64,000 nt of DNA. Source: Marsupella aquatica. Taxonomy: Eukaryota > Plantae > Marchantiophyta. Position 1 is the stretch's first letter. Every line of letters begins with the position of its first letter. Below are positions 1 through 11,400 of the stretch, in pieces. The DNA lies in the NCBI GenBank assembly GCA_973895155.1, contig OZ316896.1, forward strand, positions 248,001 through 312,000. Reading direction: 5' to 3'. The notes beneath the pieces were generated by a model, which had not been told where the DNA came from, did not search any database, and saw only the letters and a program-made list of their open reading frames with translations. The translations under genes were made by a program, and so were the position numbers.

Positions 1-1230
1 AGAAGTCGATCATCTCTCCTATGTGCGGGTTGGTGCAGGTGTTCCGGAAGAAGCCATTCTTCGTTGATGGCCCGGGGAACGACCGGAACTCCTTGTCAGG
101 CAAGGTCTTCCTGGTATCAACTTTGGTCTTATTGCCTATCGGCAAGCCAAACACTTCGGCAATTACCTTGGGAGTAAGATAGAAATCCTTCCCTATATCC
201 TCGTGCAATTGGTCTCGGGTTCCCATGACCCCACGAATTCTAATAGGTCTGACTCCGGTACCTCCGGCTTCAGCCATGGTAATCTTACAAAGGCCTCCAA
301 GCCGGATCCGGCCATGAAGCCTTGGTACTTCTTGGTCTGCATGGCCGTAAAGCATGCATCCTCCTCCCGTGCAAAATGTAGTTGCACCTCCACCGGTAGG
401 GTTGCCGCCCAGCCCTTCCAGGTGTCATCCCTGGTTGGAATGGCCTTGATGGGATCGACCTCCTCCTCTTCGGCTTCTCCCTGCCTCCTGCTCTGCTGCT
501 CGGCTGGCCTCTTTGGTGCCGCCGACCTCGTTCTTTTTGCCGGGGTGGCTTCATCGTTGACGGCCCCCTTCTTCTTCATCTCTGCTGCCGTGGAGGTTTC
601 TCCTAGCACCGTTGCCCGGGTCCACCTTTCCGTGCTACCCTTTAATTCCCAGTGTATGTCGTTGCAGTTCTTGATGGCCTCTCGGATGCCGACGACGCTG
701 TCTTTGCAAAACAGAAGATCGTCGAGTTGATTGGAAGTAGGCGTCCACAGGAACTCGTCCTTGATGAGTTTGCCTCCTAAGAAAGCCGTCTTGTGCAGCT
801 CCCACAATCGAGCGAGCTCCTGCCGTTCTCAAGCTGCCCTTTCTGACTCCTCGTCCTCGTAAGTCTTGATGTACTCAGTTGCCCGTTCGAACAGGCATCC
901 CCAAAAATGTGCCGCTTGATTGACGTTGCTCATACCCTCCTTAGGTCGATCGTCGGTATCTACTCTCTCCCCGAGTGCTTGCCTAAGCAGCTGACAGTAG
1001 TTGGCCTCCCGTAGTCGTCTGCCTAGTTCGTGCTCGCAAATGAGCCACCATCTCCTGCAAGCGCTCCTTACCCCTCTCCTCTGCCGGTCCTTCTTCCCGT
1101 TGATCCTTCCTAGCCGCCGACGCTTAACGCGCCCTAACCCTAATCGGGTTTTCACCCTCAGCCTTACCTCCGGCCTCTGCCCGGGTTCCATGGTTGCCCC
1201 TAATTGTTTATATTTTCCTTGTTTTGTCAC
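1..1230 (-). pseudogene. Disabled second copy of the LTR-encoded ORF
   Basis: ORFs 829..1230 and 193..807 match the N-terminus of 8441..12079; CGA>TGA stop at 829-831 and 1-bp deletion near 193. Confidence 0.9.
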
Positions 1231-1306
1231 TATACTAAGGTGTTCCTAGGGTGCCTTCCTGCTTTACCCACTTAACCGGCCGAGTGATTCCTGTCTAGGC
1301 ATCACA
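1..1306 (-). repeat. 3' LTR (partial, first 1306 bp)
   Basis: Near-identical to 10849-12155 (roughly ten differences by eye); starts TGTGATGC on minus strand immediately after the PPT. Confidence 0.93.
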
Positions 1307-4300
1307 TAGCTCCCCACTTAATTGTGAAGCGTCCTCGCGAACAACTTCATCTTCGTCCATATAGTATTTCTTGAGGCGGTCATAATGGATGCGAACTGGA
1401 TATACTTCTCCCGTAATGTTGGCCAATTGTACGGAGCCATTGGGGAACATCATGGTTACTCTAAAGGGTCCTAACCAGCGAGTGTAAAGCTTTCCTGGAA
1501 ACCTACTATACCTACTGTCATAAAGTAGCACAAGATCACCGGTATGAATACTAACTACTTTTAACCTTTTATCATACTGCTGCTTCATGATATTGTCTAT
1601 ATTCTACTCTCTCGGCTGAAATCATTCTCGCTTCCTCTAAAGCTTCTAACCTATATTCTCGCTCCTTTAGGCTCTCCTCCGCTGAGGCTCTTTCCTCAAT
1701 TGTAACTTGAAATGTCGGTATCTCAAGTTGCATGGGTACCAGGGCTTCTTGTCCAAAGGTTAAGAAGAAGGGTGTATGACCGGTAGTGGATTTATAGGCA
1801 AGATTGTAAGCAAAAACAGCAGCAAACAATTTATCATCCCAATCGAGTTTGTTCTGAGCTACTGTCTTGTTCAATATCTTTCCTATGATTCCGTTTGCTC
1901 GTTCTGTCAACCCGTTTGCCTTTGGATGGTAGGGAGTAGTAGGCCTATGTTTAACTAAATACTGCTCATTTAAACGACTAATTATATCATTCAAAAAATG
2001 GGTTCCTCTATCACTAACTAATTCTAGGGGTGCTCCATACCTGGTGAAGATCTGCTCATACATGAATCTAGCCGTCGTAATTGCATCATCCTTCGTTGTT
2101 GGTCTGGCCTCTACCCATTTAGTTGCATAATCCGTAGCCAGGATTATGTACTTGTTCCGTCGAGGGTGGGTCAGTGGTTTCAGAGGTCCAATGTAATCAA
2201 TACCCCACTTCTCGAATGGTGCCAGAGGTAGAATAGGGTGCAGTGGATGCCTGGTGGACGCCCTTGGTCCTCCCGCTCGTTGACAAGGATCGCATTGTTT
2301 GATAAACTGATAGACATCTTTGTGCAAGGTGGGCCACCAGTAACCGACATTTAATATCTTCTTAGACGTGGTTACTGGGGCAAAATGTCCTCCGGCCTCC
2401 TCTCCATGCATGGCCCGTAGGACTCGTTTTACCTCTCTCTTTTCCAAACACCTTTGAATCGTGCCGTTGATTCCATGCTTGTGCAGTATGCCTTTAATGC
2501 ACTGATACTGTCTGACCTTCCGCACAAAGACTGCGGCTTGCTCTCGGCTTAATCCTGGCTGTAATCTGGAAGTGCTGAGAAATTGTAAAATCTCAGGGTA
2601 CCATGTATCAGCTATTTCCACAACGAATAGCTCCTCGTCGGGGAATCGATCATCGATGCAATCCGTGGCAGGTTTACCTGTGATCCTTGAAAAGAAGTCG
2701 GCATTGGCATGTAACTTTCCCGGCTTGATCCTCAGCTCATAGTCAAACTCCTGTAATAGCAAAATCCATCTTGCTACTCTGCCTGTAAGGTCCGGCTTAT
2801 TGACTAGGTACTTCAAACTTTCATGATCAGTATGAAAGATTACCTTGTACCCTAGTAAATAATGCCTAAACTTTTTACAAGAATAAATGACTCCTAATGC
2901 TTCTCTTTCTGTGGTAGAGTAGTTCCGTTCGGCATCGGCAAGCTGACGGCTTGCGAAGTATATGGGATGGTCCCTTCCTTTCTCATCCAACTGACTTAGT
3001 ACTGAGCCAATACAGAAGCCCGAGACATCTACAAAAACATGAAAATCTTTGTTCCAATCCGGTGCTATCATGACTGGGGCCTCTACTAACATCTGCTTCA
3101 ATTCTACCACCGCTGTGACTCGTTCGGGTGTGGGTTCGAAGTCTGCTCCTGCCTTGAGCATGTTGGTTAATGGTAAAGCCAGCTTGGCAAAATCCTTGAT
3201 GAACCGGCGATAGTAACCAATGCATCCCAAGAAGGATCTTACATCCTTTATGTTCTTAGGTTGCATGATATCTAGCCATACTGCTAGCTTACCTTTGTCA
3301 ATCTCAATGCCCTTCCTTGATACCTTGTGACCTAGTAGCACCCCCTCGGTTACTGCAAAAAAACATTTATCTGGGTGTAACTTGAGACCCACCTCTCTAC
3401 ATCTCATGAAGGTTTTCCTGAGGTATTTAGCATGTTTCGATGCCTTCCCGAATACTGCAAAGTCATCAATGAAGATTTCCATGAACTTTCTCAAGTAATC
3501 ATGAAAAATGTTCACCATTAATCGTTGGAACATAGCTGGTGCGTTGCAGAGTCCAAACGACATACGATTGAAGACATAGATCCCCCATTCCGTGATGAAG
3601 GCCGTCTTGATTTGGTCTTCCTGCCGAATCCTGATTTGGTTATAACCAGAGTATCCATCCATGAATGAATATAGTTCATGACTGGCTACCATGTCTAGTA
3701 CCATATCAGTAAACGGTAAAGGAAAATGGTCTTTTAATGTCGCTTCATTCAGCTTCCTGTAATCCTGACAAACCCGGATCTTGGGTTTACCATCGGGTCC
3801 AGCTTTCTTGGGAACTATCACAATTGGAGACACCCAGTCTGAATGCAGGACTGGAGTGATGAATCCAGCTTCCACTAGTTTGTCGATTTCTGTTTTGACC
3901 AGCAGGGAATACTTCGGGTTCATCCTTCGAATTGGTTGTCGAAATGATTTGGCTCCTAACATGAGATCAATTCGATGTTCCCCTAGTGTTGGATCTACTC
4001 CCTTTAGATCTTGGTGACTCCATGCAAACACATCTTGAAATTCAATCAATAAGTCACTGATCTCTTTCTCGAGCTCAGGTGCTAGGTTTCTCCCTAAGTT
4101 CAGTTCTCTTCCCTCTCCTAAGTCGAGCTTCCGATATTGCCGTGCTTGGATCATATTAATCTGCTTCTTCAAATTCGGGTCCAGTTCGGCTTCCAGTCTC
4201 TCTAATCTCATACCTCCATAAACTGGGATCTCGGCTGGACTAGCCGAGTCGGTCCCTTCCTTGGTGTCCATAGATTGTCCCCTTACCGGTCTATTCGGTT

Positions 4301-4535
4301 TTGAATTAGTGGTCGGCTCCCCTTCCTGCCTTGGCTCTGGATCGTGTCTGTCCATCTCATCCACTTCTTGCTCCTGAGAGTTAGGCCGTTGTGCTCTCTC
4401 GGCTTCTAATAGGGCCTCAATTTGTTCTGCCCTCGTAATCGGCTTGTATGCCGATCCCTTGGTATTTAATTCCTTGCCGATGATCGATGGCGTTGTGGAC
4501 CCCGTCGGCTCTGCCACAACGCCTGCAGAAAATCC
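1295..4535 (-). CDS. pol: Pol (RT, RNase H, integrase) with a frameshift near 1580 separating the GPF C-terminal domain
   Basis: RT motifs FMDGYSGYNQI and FIDD; RNase H DVSGFCIGSVL..YSTTEREALG..DH; IN HHCC (H..GHF..CDPC) and D,D,E (DYIG, SDRGTHF, ERAN); ORF 1295..1588 has WLGPFRV motif. Confidence 0.95.
1307..1320 (-). other. Polypurine tract (TAAGTGGGGAGCTA) abutting 3' LTR
   Basis: Purine-rich run directly before the TG start of the repeat; lies inside the integrase C-terminal coding frame. Confidence 0.75.
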
Positions 4536-7459
4536 ACTGTCCCTGCTACTGCTCCCCACTTAGCCGTTTCATCCAATTGGTCTACATCCTTTACTTCCTC
4601 CGGAATTGCAGCTAAAAAGGTGGATTCTATTGTAAAGCAGTCCTCGACCTCTTCGTCTTCTTCTTCCAAGTCACCTTCCATTGGTTCTTGCCATAATCCG
4701 CTGGGGGGTACCTCTGGTCCAAAGACACCTTCTTCGGTTAGGTTAGTGAGGCATTCTAACCAACGTACTTCATCGGCTGACTCCAGTCCACTATCGTACC
4801 CGTCTACTTCCCTTATGCTTTTCCTACGGTCATCCTTAGTGTCCCAGGATACCGTGATAGAGGGGGTCCCGAAAGTGAACTGCTTTTTACCCCAATCTTC
4901 TATTACCTCGGCTAGGTACAGCCATGGCCTACCAATCAATAGCCGGAATGACGTAGGATTTACCGGCTTCATTACTACATAGTTAATGCTAAAGAAGATA
5001 CCTCCTATCTCTGTCTTGATGCCGGTTAACACTCCCGTCGGAATGACCTGATATCCATTGGCCATGTTCAACACTCTTCCAGTCATCTCCGGTGTTAGAC
5101 CCCACCCTTTTGCTGTTGAATCAATCATAATACATACCCCTGATCCTCCATCGATGGGTACCCGTAGTAATAATTCTCCTTGAATCATTAATGGTAATGC
5201 TGGAGCTCCTTGATCTTCTTCTATCATTAGTACGTCGGATCTGGTTGCTACCTTGGGTAATCTCGGCTTGCCGAGAATAGCCTTCCTTAATTGCTTCCGG
5301 AAGTACGGGCTATTTTTCAATAGTTGACCTACTGTTGCCGAGACTCTAGATTCTAGTACATCTTTAGCCAGGTCATAGGGAACAATCGGCTTCTCTTCTG
5401 GTGGTGTTTCCGTCTTGGGTTCGACCAGTTTTGCCACGCTAGTCTCCACAGCTGTTGGGTCTTCCGAAGCAAACAATGCTTTTGCTCGTTTTACATCCTT
5501 GGCAATGGCTTCGGTATTCTCCAGGGTTTCTAATTCTCTTAGTTGTTCCTTAACACTAGCCGTAACAGAGGGGTAGAACAACTTAGGATGATCTCGATTG
5601 AAGTCGCTATCTTGTGAAGGATTGGTTTCACTGGTGGGCTCATGGCTTACCTGTATTGCCGGAGCCCTCCCTTCTCCTTCTGTTGATGTTGACGAAGAGT
5701 CAATCCTTTCCTCCGTAACCTTCCCTTTATTTTTGGCCAGCCCATCCCACCTTTCCTTCCTTCTGGTAGATCGAGTAGAGACCCGGTAGCAATCATGATC
5801 TAAATCCTCCTCTGAGAAGGTTGATAGGGCTTCGGCCTCATCATCAGATGGTACGAACTCTGCCTCGGCATCCTCTTGCCATCCTAGTTCGATGTGGTTG
5901 ATTTGAACTCCTCCGGGGGTAGTACCTGGCGGTAAGATCTTGATCGGCAAAAGCTTATGATTTGCGGCCAGGCCTGCCAACCAAGTAGGACATTGCCCTA
6001 GCATATGACCTTCCTGTCGGCATCCCATACATAGCTGAGCTGGTTGTCCATCACCCTGTTTGCGTGCATTCGGGCATTCTCTAGCAAAATGGCCAGGTTG
6101 ACCACAATTATAGCACGCCGCAAATCTTTGCACATTCGGCCTAGGAGGTACTGACGGGTTCTGAATAATCCGAGGATACATCTCTCCTGGATTGTTCCTT
6201 AACCCTGACCACAGAGATGCAGGTCTGTTGGATAGGTCTCGTGCTCCAATCTCACTGATGCCGAAAACACTATCAGCGGCATCTCCCAAAAAGTACTCTA
6301 CTTCTCCCTGACATGGTCTGATCTCGGCCACATGCCGAACATGATTAGTATTAAGCTTAGGACACGCATCTTTATGGTGTCCGGTTTTATAACATAAGGC
6401 ACACCATACAAAGCTATCCTCCTGTACTACCTTCTTCTTTGGTTTTACCTCTGCAATGATAGCCTTAAGTTGCTCGGTAAGGGCTACGATGTTATCTGGT
6501 GGCTTAGCCTCCATCTTGACTTTCGTCTTCCCTCTCCTTCTGCCCTTCCTTTTCCTAGTTTTTTCTTCTTCAGAACTAGAAGATGACTCACTCTTGCTAC
6601 TCCCACTATCCGAGCTTGACTTATCACTTCTAGACTTCTTGGGATGTTTCTTCTTCTTATCTTTTTTCTTATGGGGTGATCCCTCCTCTGATGAGGAACT
6701 CTCAGACTTAAGCTGTTTCTTCCGGCTTGTGATATCTGCATTAATGTATAATTGAATATCCTTAATTGCTTCGGCTAAAGTCTCCGGGTTCTCCTTCCTA
6801 ATTGCAAAACTCATCTTCTGTGGCAAAGCATTCACCAACCATTGAAGTTGCATACCTTCAGATGCATTGGTCTTTGTACGTCTTACCAGTTTCTGAAAGC
6901 GTTGCAAGAACTTCCTGAAGGATTTGTTCTCCTTGAACCGAAGTTGTCCCAACTTCAGCACTGCTAGTTCTGAAGTTCCAATGGGTCGAAACTCCTTAAC
7001 AAAGAGTGTTTTGAAGATATCCCAGATGGCTTGATCTTCCACATCTAATGCTCTGTACCAAGGCCTAGCCTCACCCTTGAACAGGCCGGGAAGAATCTAC
7101 ATCTTGATGGCCGATTCTCCATTTGCTGTAGCAGTTCCCTCGAAATCATCCAACCATTCGTCCGGATCCTCATCTCCTCTCCCATGAAATGCCTTGTAAT
7201 GTATGCGCGACCGCTGGCTCAATCTGGTCCCTGGCCTCTCGTCTAGCCGTGCCTCTGGTTCCCCCATGTCGGTTGGAGACTCACTTCTCCTTACCGACTC
7301 TTCTTCTGGTATGTCTTCTTTGACGCCACTTCCAATTTCGGAGCTACCAGCTCTTTCTGCCCCTCTCAGTCGCTGTGTATCATGCCACCCGGCGAGCTGC
7401 TGCAGTCGAGCTCTCTCCCGTTGAATCACTCTTTCTTCCCTCGGCGTAAGGTCAGTCAT
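4466..7459 (-). CDS. gag: Gag-protease (one in-frame TAG at 7097-7099)
   Basis: 7097..7459 and 4466..7042 are the same frame; FHGRGDEDPDEWL gag-like start, three CX2CX4HX4C knuckles, aspartic protease IDGGSGVCIM..LLIGRPWL. Confidence 0.92.
4476..4535 (-). promoter_or_regulatory. Probable programmed -1 ribosomal frameshift signal (GGAUUUU + pseudoknot)
   Basis: G_GAU_UUU in gag frame at 4535-4529, 5-nt spacer, perfect 10-bp stem GGCGUUGUGG/CCACAACGCC, loop GCCGA pairs with downstream UCGGC; -1 frame is the pol ORF. Confidence 0.8.
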
Positions 7460-7506
7460 TACCTACGCTTCCGTTCTAACTTCATATCTCACGGCTTAAA
7501 AAATGC

Positions 7507-7524
7507 CCCCTCCATCTAGCGCCA
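7507..7524 (-). other. Primer binding site, tRNA-Asn-type (TGGCGCTAGATGGAGGGG)
   Basis: Follows LTR end CA + TTTT; matches complement of plant tRNA-Asn 3' end (CCCCUCCUUCUAGCG-CCA, from recall) with one mismatch. Confidence 0.75.
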
Positions 7525-7723
7525 AAAATGTGGTGCGTCCCATGGCTCCCTAAACCCAAGAAACCCCCCAGCTCAAGCCGATTCCCGCAGGTTTCGTGCT
7601 TGGCGAGGCCGTTTCCGCGGCTTAGCGGCATGGGACGTTGCTAACCTTCTACTACTACTATTAACATTTTACACACATATACTGGACAGATCCTTCATCG
7701 GGTCATGAGATACGTAGCCGGCC

Positions 7724-7730
7724 TAATATA
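7724..7730 (-). promoter_or_regulatory. Candidate LTR TATA box (TATATTA)
   Basis: TATA-like motif ~200 bp before LTR end, downstream of the LTR ORF stop; flanked by GGCC inverted repeat. Confidence 0.3.
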
Positions 7731-8440
7731 GGCCTTCCCCTGTCTTCCCCTGTCTTCTTGTTAGGTATGTTTGGATTCCGCCGCCGGAATGATCCCCAAT
7801 AGGCTTGGTTAAGCCGCTAAGACCTCTCTCAGCTCGACACATCCAACTCTCACTCCCCTGCTTACTTTCCTTCCTTCTGTTGATGTGGGCACTCTTCACA
7901 CAAGTTAATGCGACACACAAATAGCAAAATGACTCATTCTGACTGAGTCATACCATGCACTTGCCATACAAACAGTACATCTCATACACAAGTTCTGCGA
8001 ACTAAGCTGTGAGGCCAACTCTATTCAGCTCTTAGGCATGAGGAAACATGAATATACACAAGGGTCACTGTATGACTAACCGAGAGCTTCTCGTACTACT
8101 TGATCCCAGCCCGGCTGGTGCAAACTAAAAACTTGCTAAAGAAGAGGCCCTGAGCTCCCCGCTGCCCAGGTACTTATCCTGGTAGTGGATCCGCCATTCT
8201 TTGCATCGTAAGCCTAAACTACTTAACAGTAATCTACTTGCCCGAATCTACCTATGTACAGCAAGGCAGGAGCACAAGTGTTGCTCCTACCAGTGGGACC
8301 GCAATCCCACTAAGCTAAGTGTCAGGGCCGCTCCTGGTTCTGATCCTAATCCTAAACGTGGAGATCCGCGCCCGCCCTGCCCACTCACGCCTCCTCCCTC
8401 CACGTCCGCCCTCCCCAAAAGGAACGGCGCCCTTGCACCG

Positions 8441-11400
8441 TCACGACACCGGTGGTGGATCCTCAATGGACGCCCCCAACACTTCCTCCTCAGCCACTGC
8501 CGTTGGTCCGCCTACTGACAGATTACCTGCCCTTGACCGAGTCAACTCTCCATCGCCCTGACTGGGTCCACCTTCGGCTTCAGCCTCGACACCGGCCTCG
8601 GCAATACCCACGGCTTTGGCCTCAGCCACTCCCACGGCTTCGGCCTCCCCTTCCCCTAGGGTAGTTGGATCCTTAGCCGTGACCCTGTCTGGGGTCGGTG
8701 CTAGGTCTACCTCCTTGATCACCACGGCCTGTGAAGTCGTATTACTCCTTGACCCTGAAGGTTTCCACTTCTTCTTCATTGGTGGCTCGGCAGCTGGTCC
8801 CTTCCCCTTCCCACTTACTTCCGGCACTGGTGCAGTTGACGCGGCTTGTCCTTCGGCAATTACCACCCCTGGTAACTGGTTTGTCCCAACGGGAGATGGA
8901 CCTGCTGCAGCTAAGCTTTTAAATACTGCGGCTTGTTTCTTCAGCCGCTCTGTTTGGTTGTCGGCCCGCCGCTGTAGGTTCTCCATCTTCCTCGTGATTT
9001 CCTCCAACTCCTCTTGGGTTTCATCCAGGTCCTTACGTGCCCCCTCCAGCTCGTTTTTGGCCTCCTCCTGCTCCCTGTGGGCTTCCTCCAATTCCTTCTT
9101 CAAGGTAGCCCTCTCCTCCTGGGTTGCTCTTAGCTCCTTGTCGAGCTCTGCAATGATGACAGACTCCATCTGGTTCATCTTGGCGTAAGTCTGTTCGAGC
9201 ATCTCGTCCTTCTCCCTTAGGTCGGCCTTGAAGCTGGCCGTCAGGGACGCAAGCTCCTGCTGCAGCGCCATAATCCCTTGATAGGATTTCCCTAACTCGA
9301 CCTCCTTCTGCTCAAGGGCTCCGCGGATTTTCTCGAGCTCCCCTTTCAACGCCCATTCCTTTCTTTGGGTCTCCGCCATGGCCCGGCTGTTGGCTATTAT
9401 GTGGGCCTCCTCTGTATTCTTCAGCTCTTGCTTCCACTTCTCCCTCTCTTTGATCGTGTTGGCCAACTCTTCCTGCGTCTGAGTTAGTTTATCCTTGATA
9501 TTCTGATTATCAGCCTGCGCGGTGTCCAACTGCCCCTGCATGATGTTCAGCTCATGTCGTTTAATCCGCAGTTCATCTTGGGCTTTCTTGGCCGCCCTTA
9601 GATCTTCAATCTCGGCTTCCATCCTCCTAAGCCGCCGAATGAGCTCGTCCTTCTTGCTTCTCTCTAAAGCCACCGCTTCTTCTAATTGGTGCTTCTCCAA
9701 CTGCTCCCTATGGAAAAAGGGTCCTACCTCCAACTCCTCTCCAAAGATGCCGAGCGCAAGTTCCCCACACATCTCACCATACTCCATGGCTCTATTCTTA
9801 GCGTAGGTGGAGTAAGTAGAAGTGATCGGCATCGCCCATCGTGGCCTCTGCTCCCAAGCCGTCCTGCGGATCTCTTCAATCGTGGCTAGAGGTTTGCTTC
9901 CTTTTTCGGCTAGCCGCCTGATGTCCTCCGGCCAATCTCCTCCTGGTAAATCCTTTTCCTTAGCCAGGGCGGCCTCTTCCTCCTGCTTGATTCGCTCCTG
10001 AACTTCCTGCACCGTCTGTTTTATGCCGTCGAAGCTCGGGGGAGCAACATCTGGTGGGGGAGACTCAGGGCTACTCTGCTGGTTGGGGTCCCCTCGCACT
10101 ACCCTTGGAAGTGTGGGGACAAACCGGCCACAGGTCCTTACTCCTGGAACGTGATGGTCCGACCCATAGCCGGAATTATCATGGCTGCAGTCCTCCACTG
10201 CCTCCTCTACCTCTTGGGTTTCCGGCTTCTCCCTCTCCTCTTCGTCGGTAGGAGCTTCAGGCAATTCTGCCTCAGATTCGGAGCTTGAGGTTCCCACGTA
10301 CATTCGAACACCTGGCTTGGATTCCGGCCTGATTCTCTCCTTGTCTCCAGCAAAGGGGTTTTCTCTTGTGAGCCGGTGTAGGCCTACCTCTGTAGTAGTG
10401 TCCTGCATTGTTGCCGTTGCCGTTGTTGTTGCCAATGCCGATTTCTTTTCTTTCTCCAGTAGTTTCAGCAGACTCTGCATGCCTGGTTGCTGCATCGGCA
10501 AGTCCTCCTTCCCGGGCCTAAACACCTGCTCGATCGTAGGACTAACAGGTGGTTGAGGCTTCTCAGCCAACGGCCTCGGCGTTGGAGCTTCCTCGGGTGC
10601 CCTTACCTGCAGGGGAAGTACCGGGGCAAAAGTCTGACCTCTGGCATACCGACACAACAGCGGCATGTGATAGCCAAGCCGCGACACGCTCCCCATGCCG
10701 ATTACCTGCTGCTCCTCCTTTAAGATCTTCTTCAATTGGTTGAGGAGGTACCCGTTGTAGTCCCGGCTTGGGTCTGGCCTTTCTGCCAGATAGACCTGTG
10801 CCTTGCCGATCTCTGCCCTCGGCAAGTTACAATGCATGGTCACCCGCAAGAAGTCGATCATCTCTCCTATGTGCGGGTTGGTGCAGGTGTTCCGGAAGAA
10901 GCCATTCTTCGTTGATGGCCCGGGGAACGACCGGAACTCCTTGTCAGGCAAGGTCTTCCTGGTATCAACTTTGGTCTTATTGCCTATCGGCAAGCCAAAC
11001 ACTTCGGCAATTACCTTGGGAGTAAGATAGAAATCCTTCCCATATATCCTCGTGCAATTGGTCTCGGGTTCCCATGACCCCATGAATTCTAATAGGTCTG
11101 ACTCCGGTACCTCCGGCTTCAGCCATGGTAATCTTACAAAGGCCTCCAAGCCGGATCCGGCCATGAAGCCTTGGTACTTCTTGGTTTGCATGGCCGTAAA
11201 GCATGCATCCTCCTCCCGTGCAAAATGTAGTTGCACCTCCACCGGTAGGGTTGCCGCCCAGCCATTCCAGGTGTCATCCCTGGTTGGAATGGCCTTGATG
11301 GGATCGACCTCCTCCTCTTCGGCTTCTCCCTGCCTCCTGCTCTGCTGCTCGGCTGGCCTCTTTGGTGCCGCCGACCTCGTTCTTTTTGTCGGGGTGGCTT

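Noticed and set aside
1572-1588. Second frame break in pol as programmed frameshift
   Set aside because: No slippery heptamer or downstream stem seen; looks like a small indel.
7097-7099. In-frame TAG in gag as programmed read-through
   Set aside because: Falls inside the capsid-like domain, lacks a CARYYA context; simplest explanation is a point mutation such as CAG>TAG.
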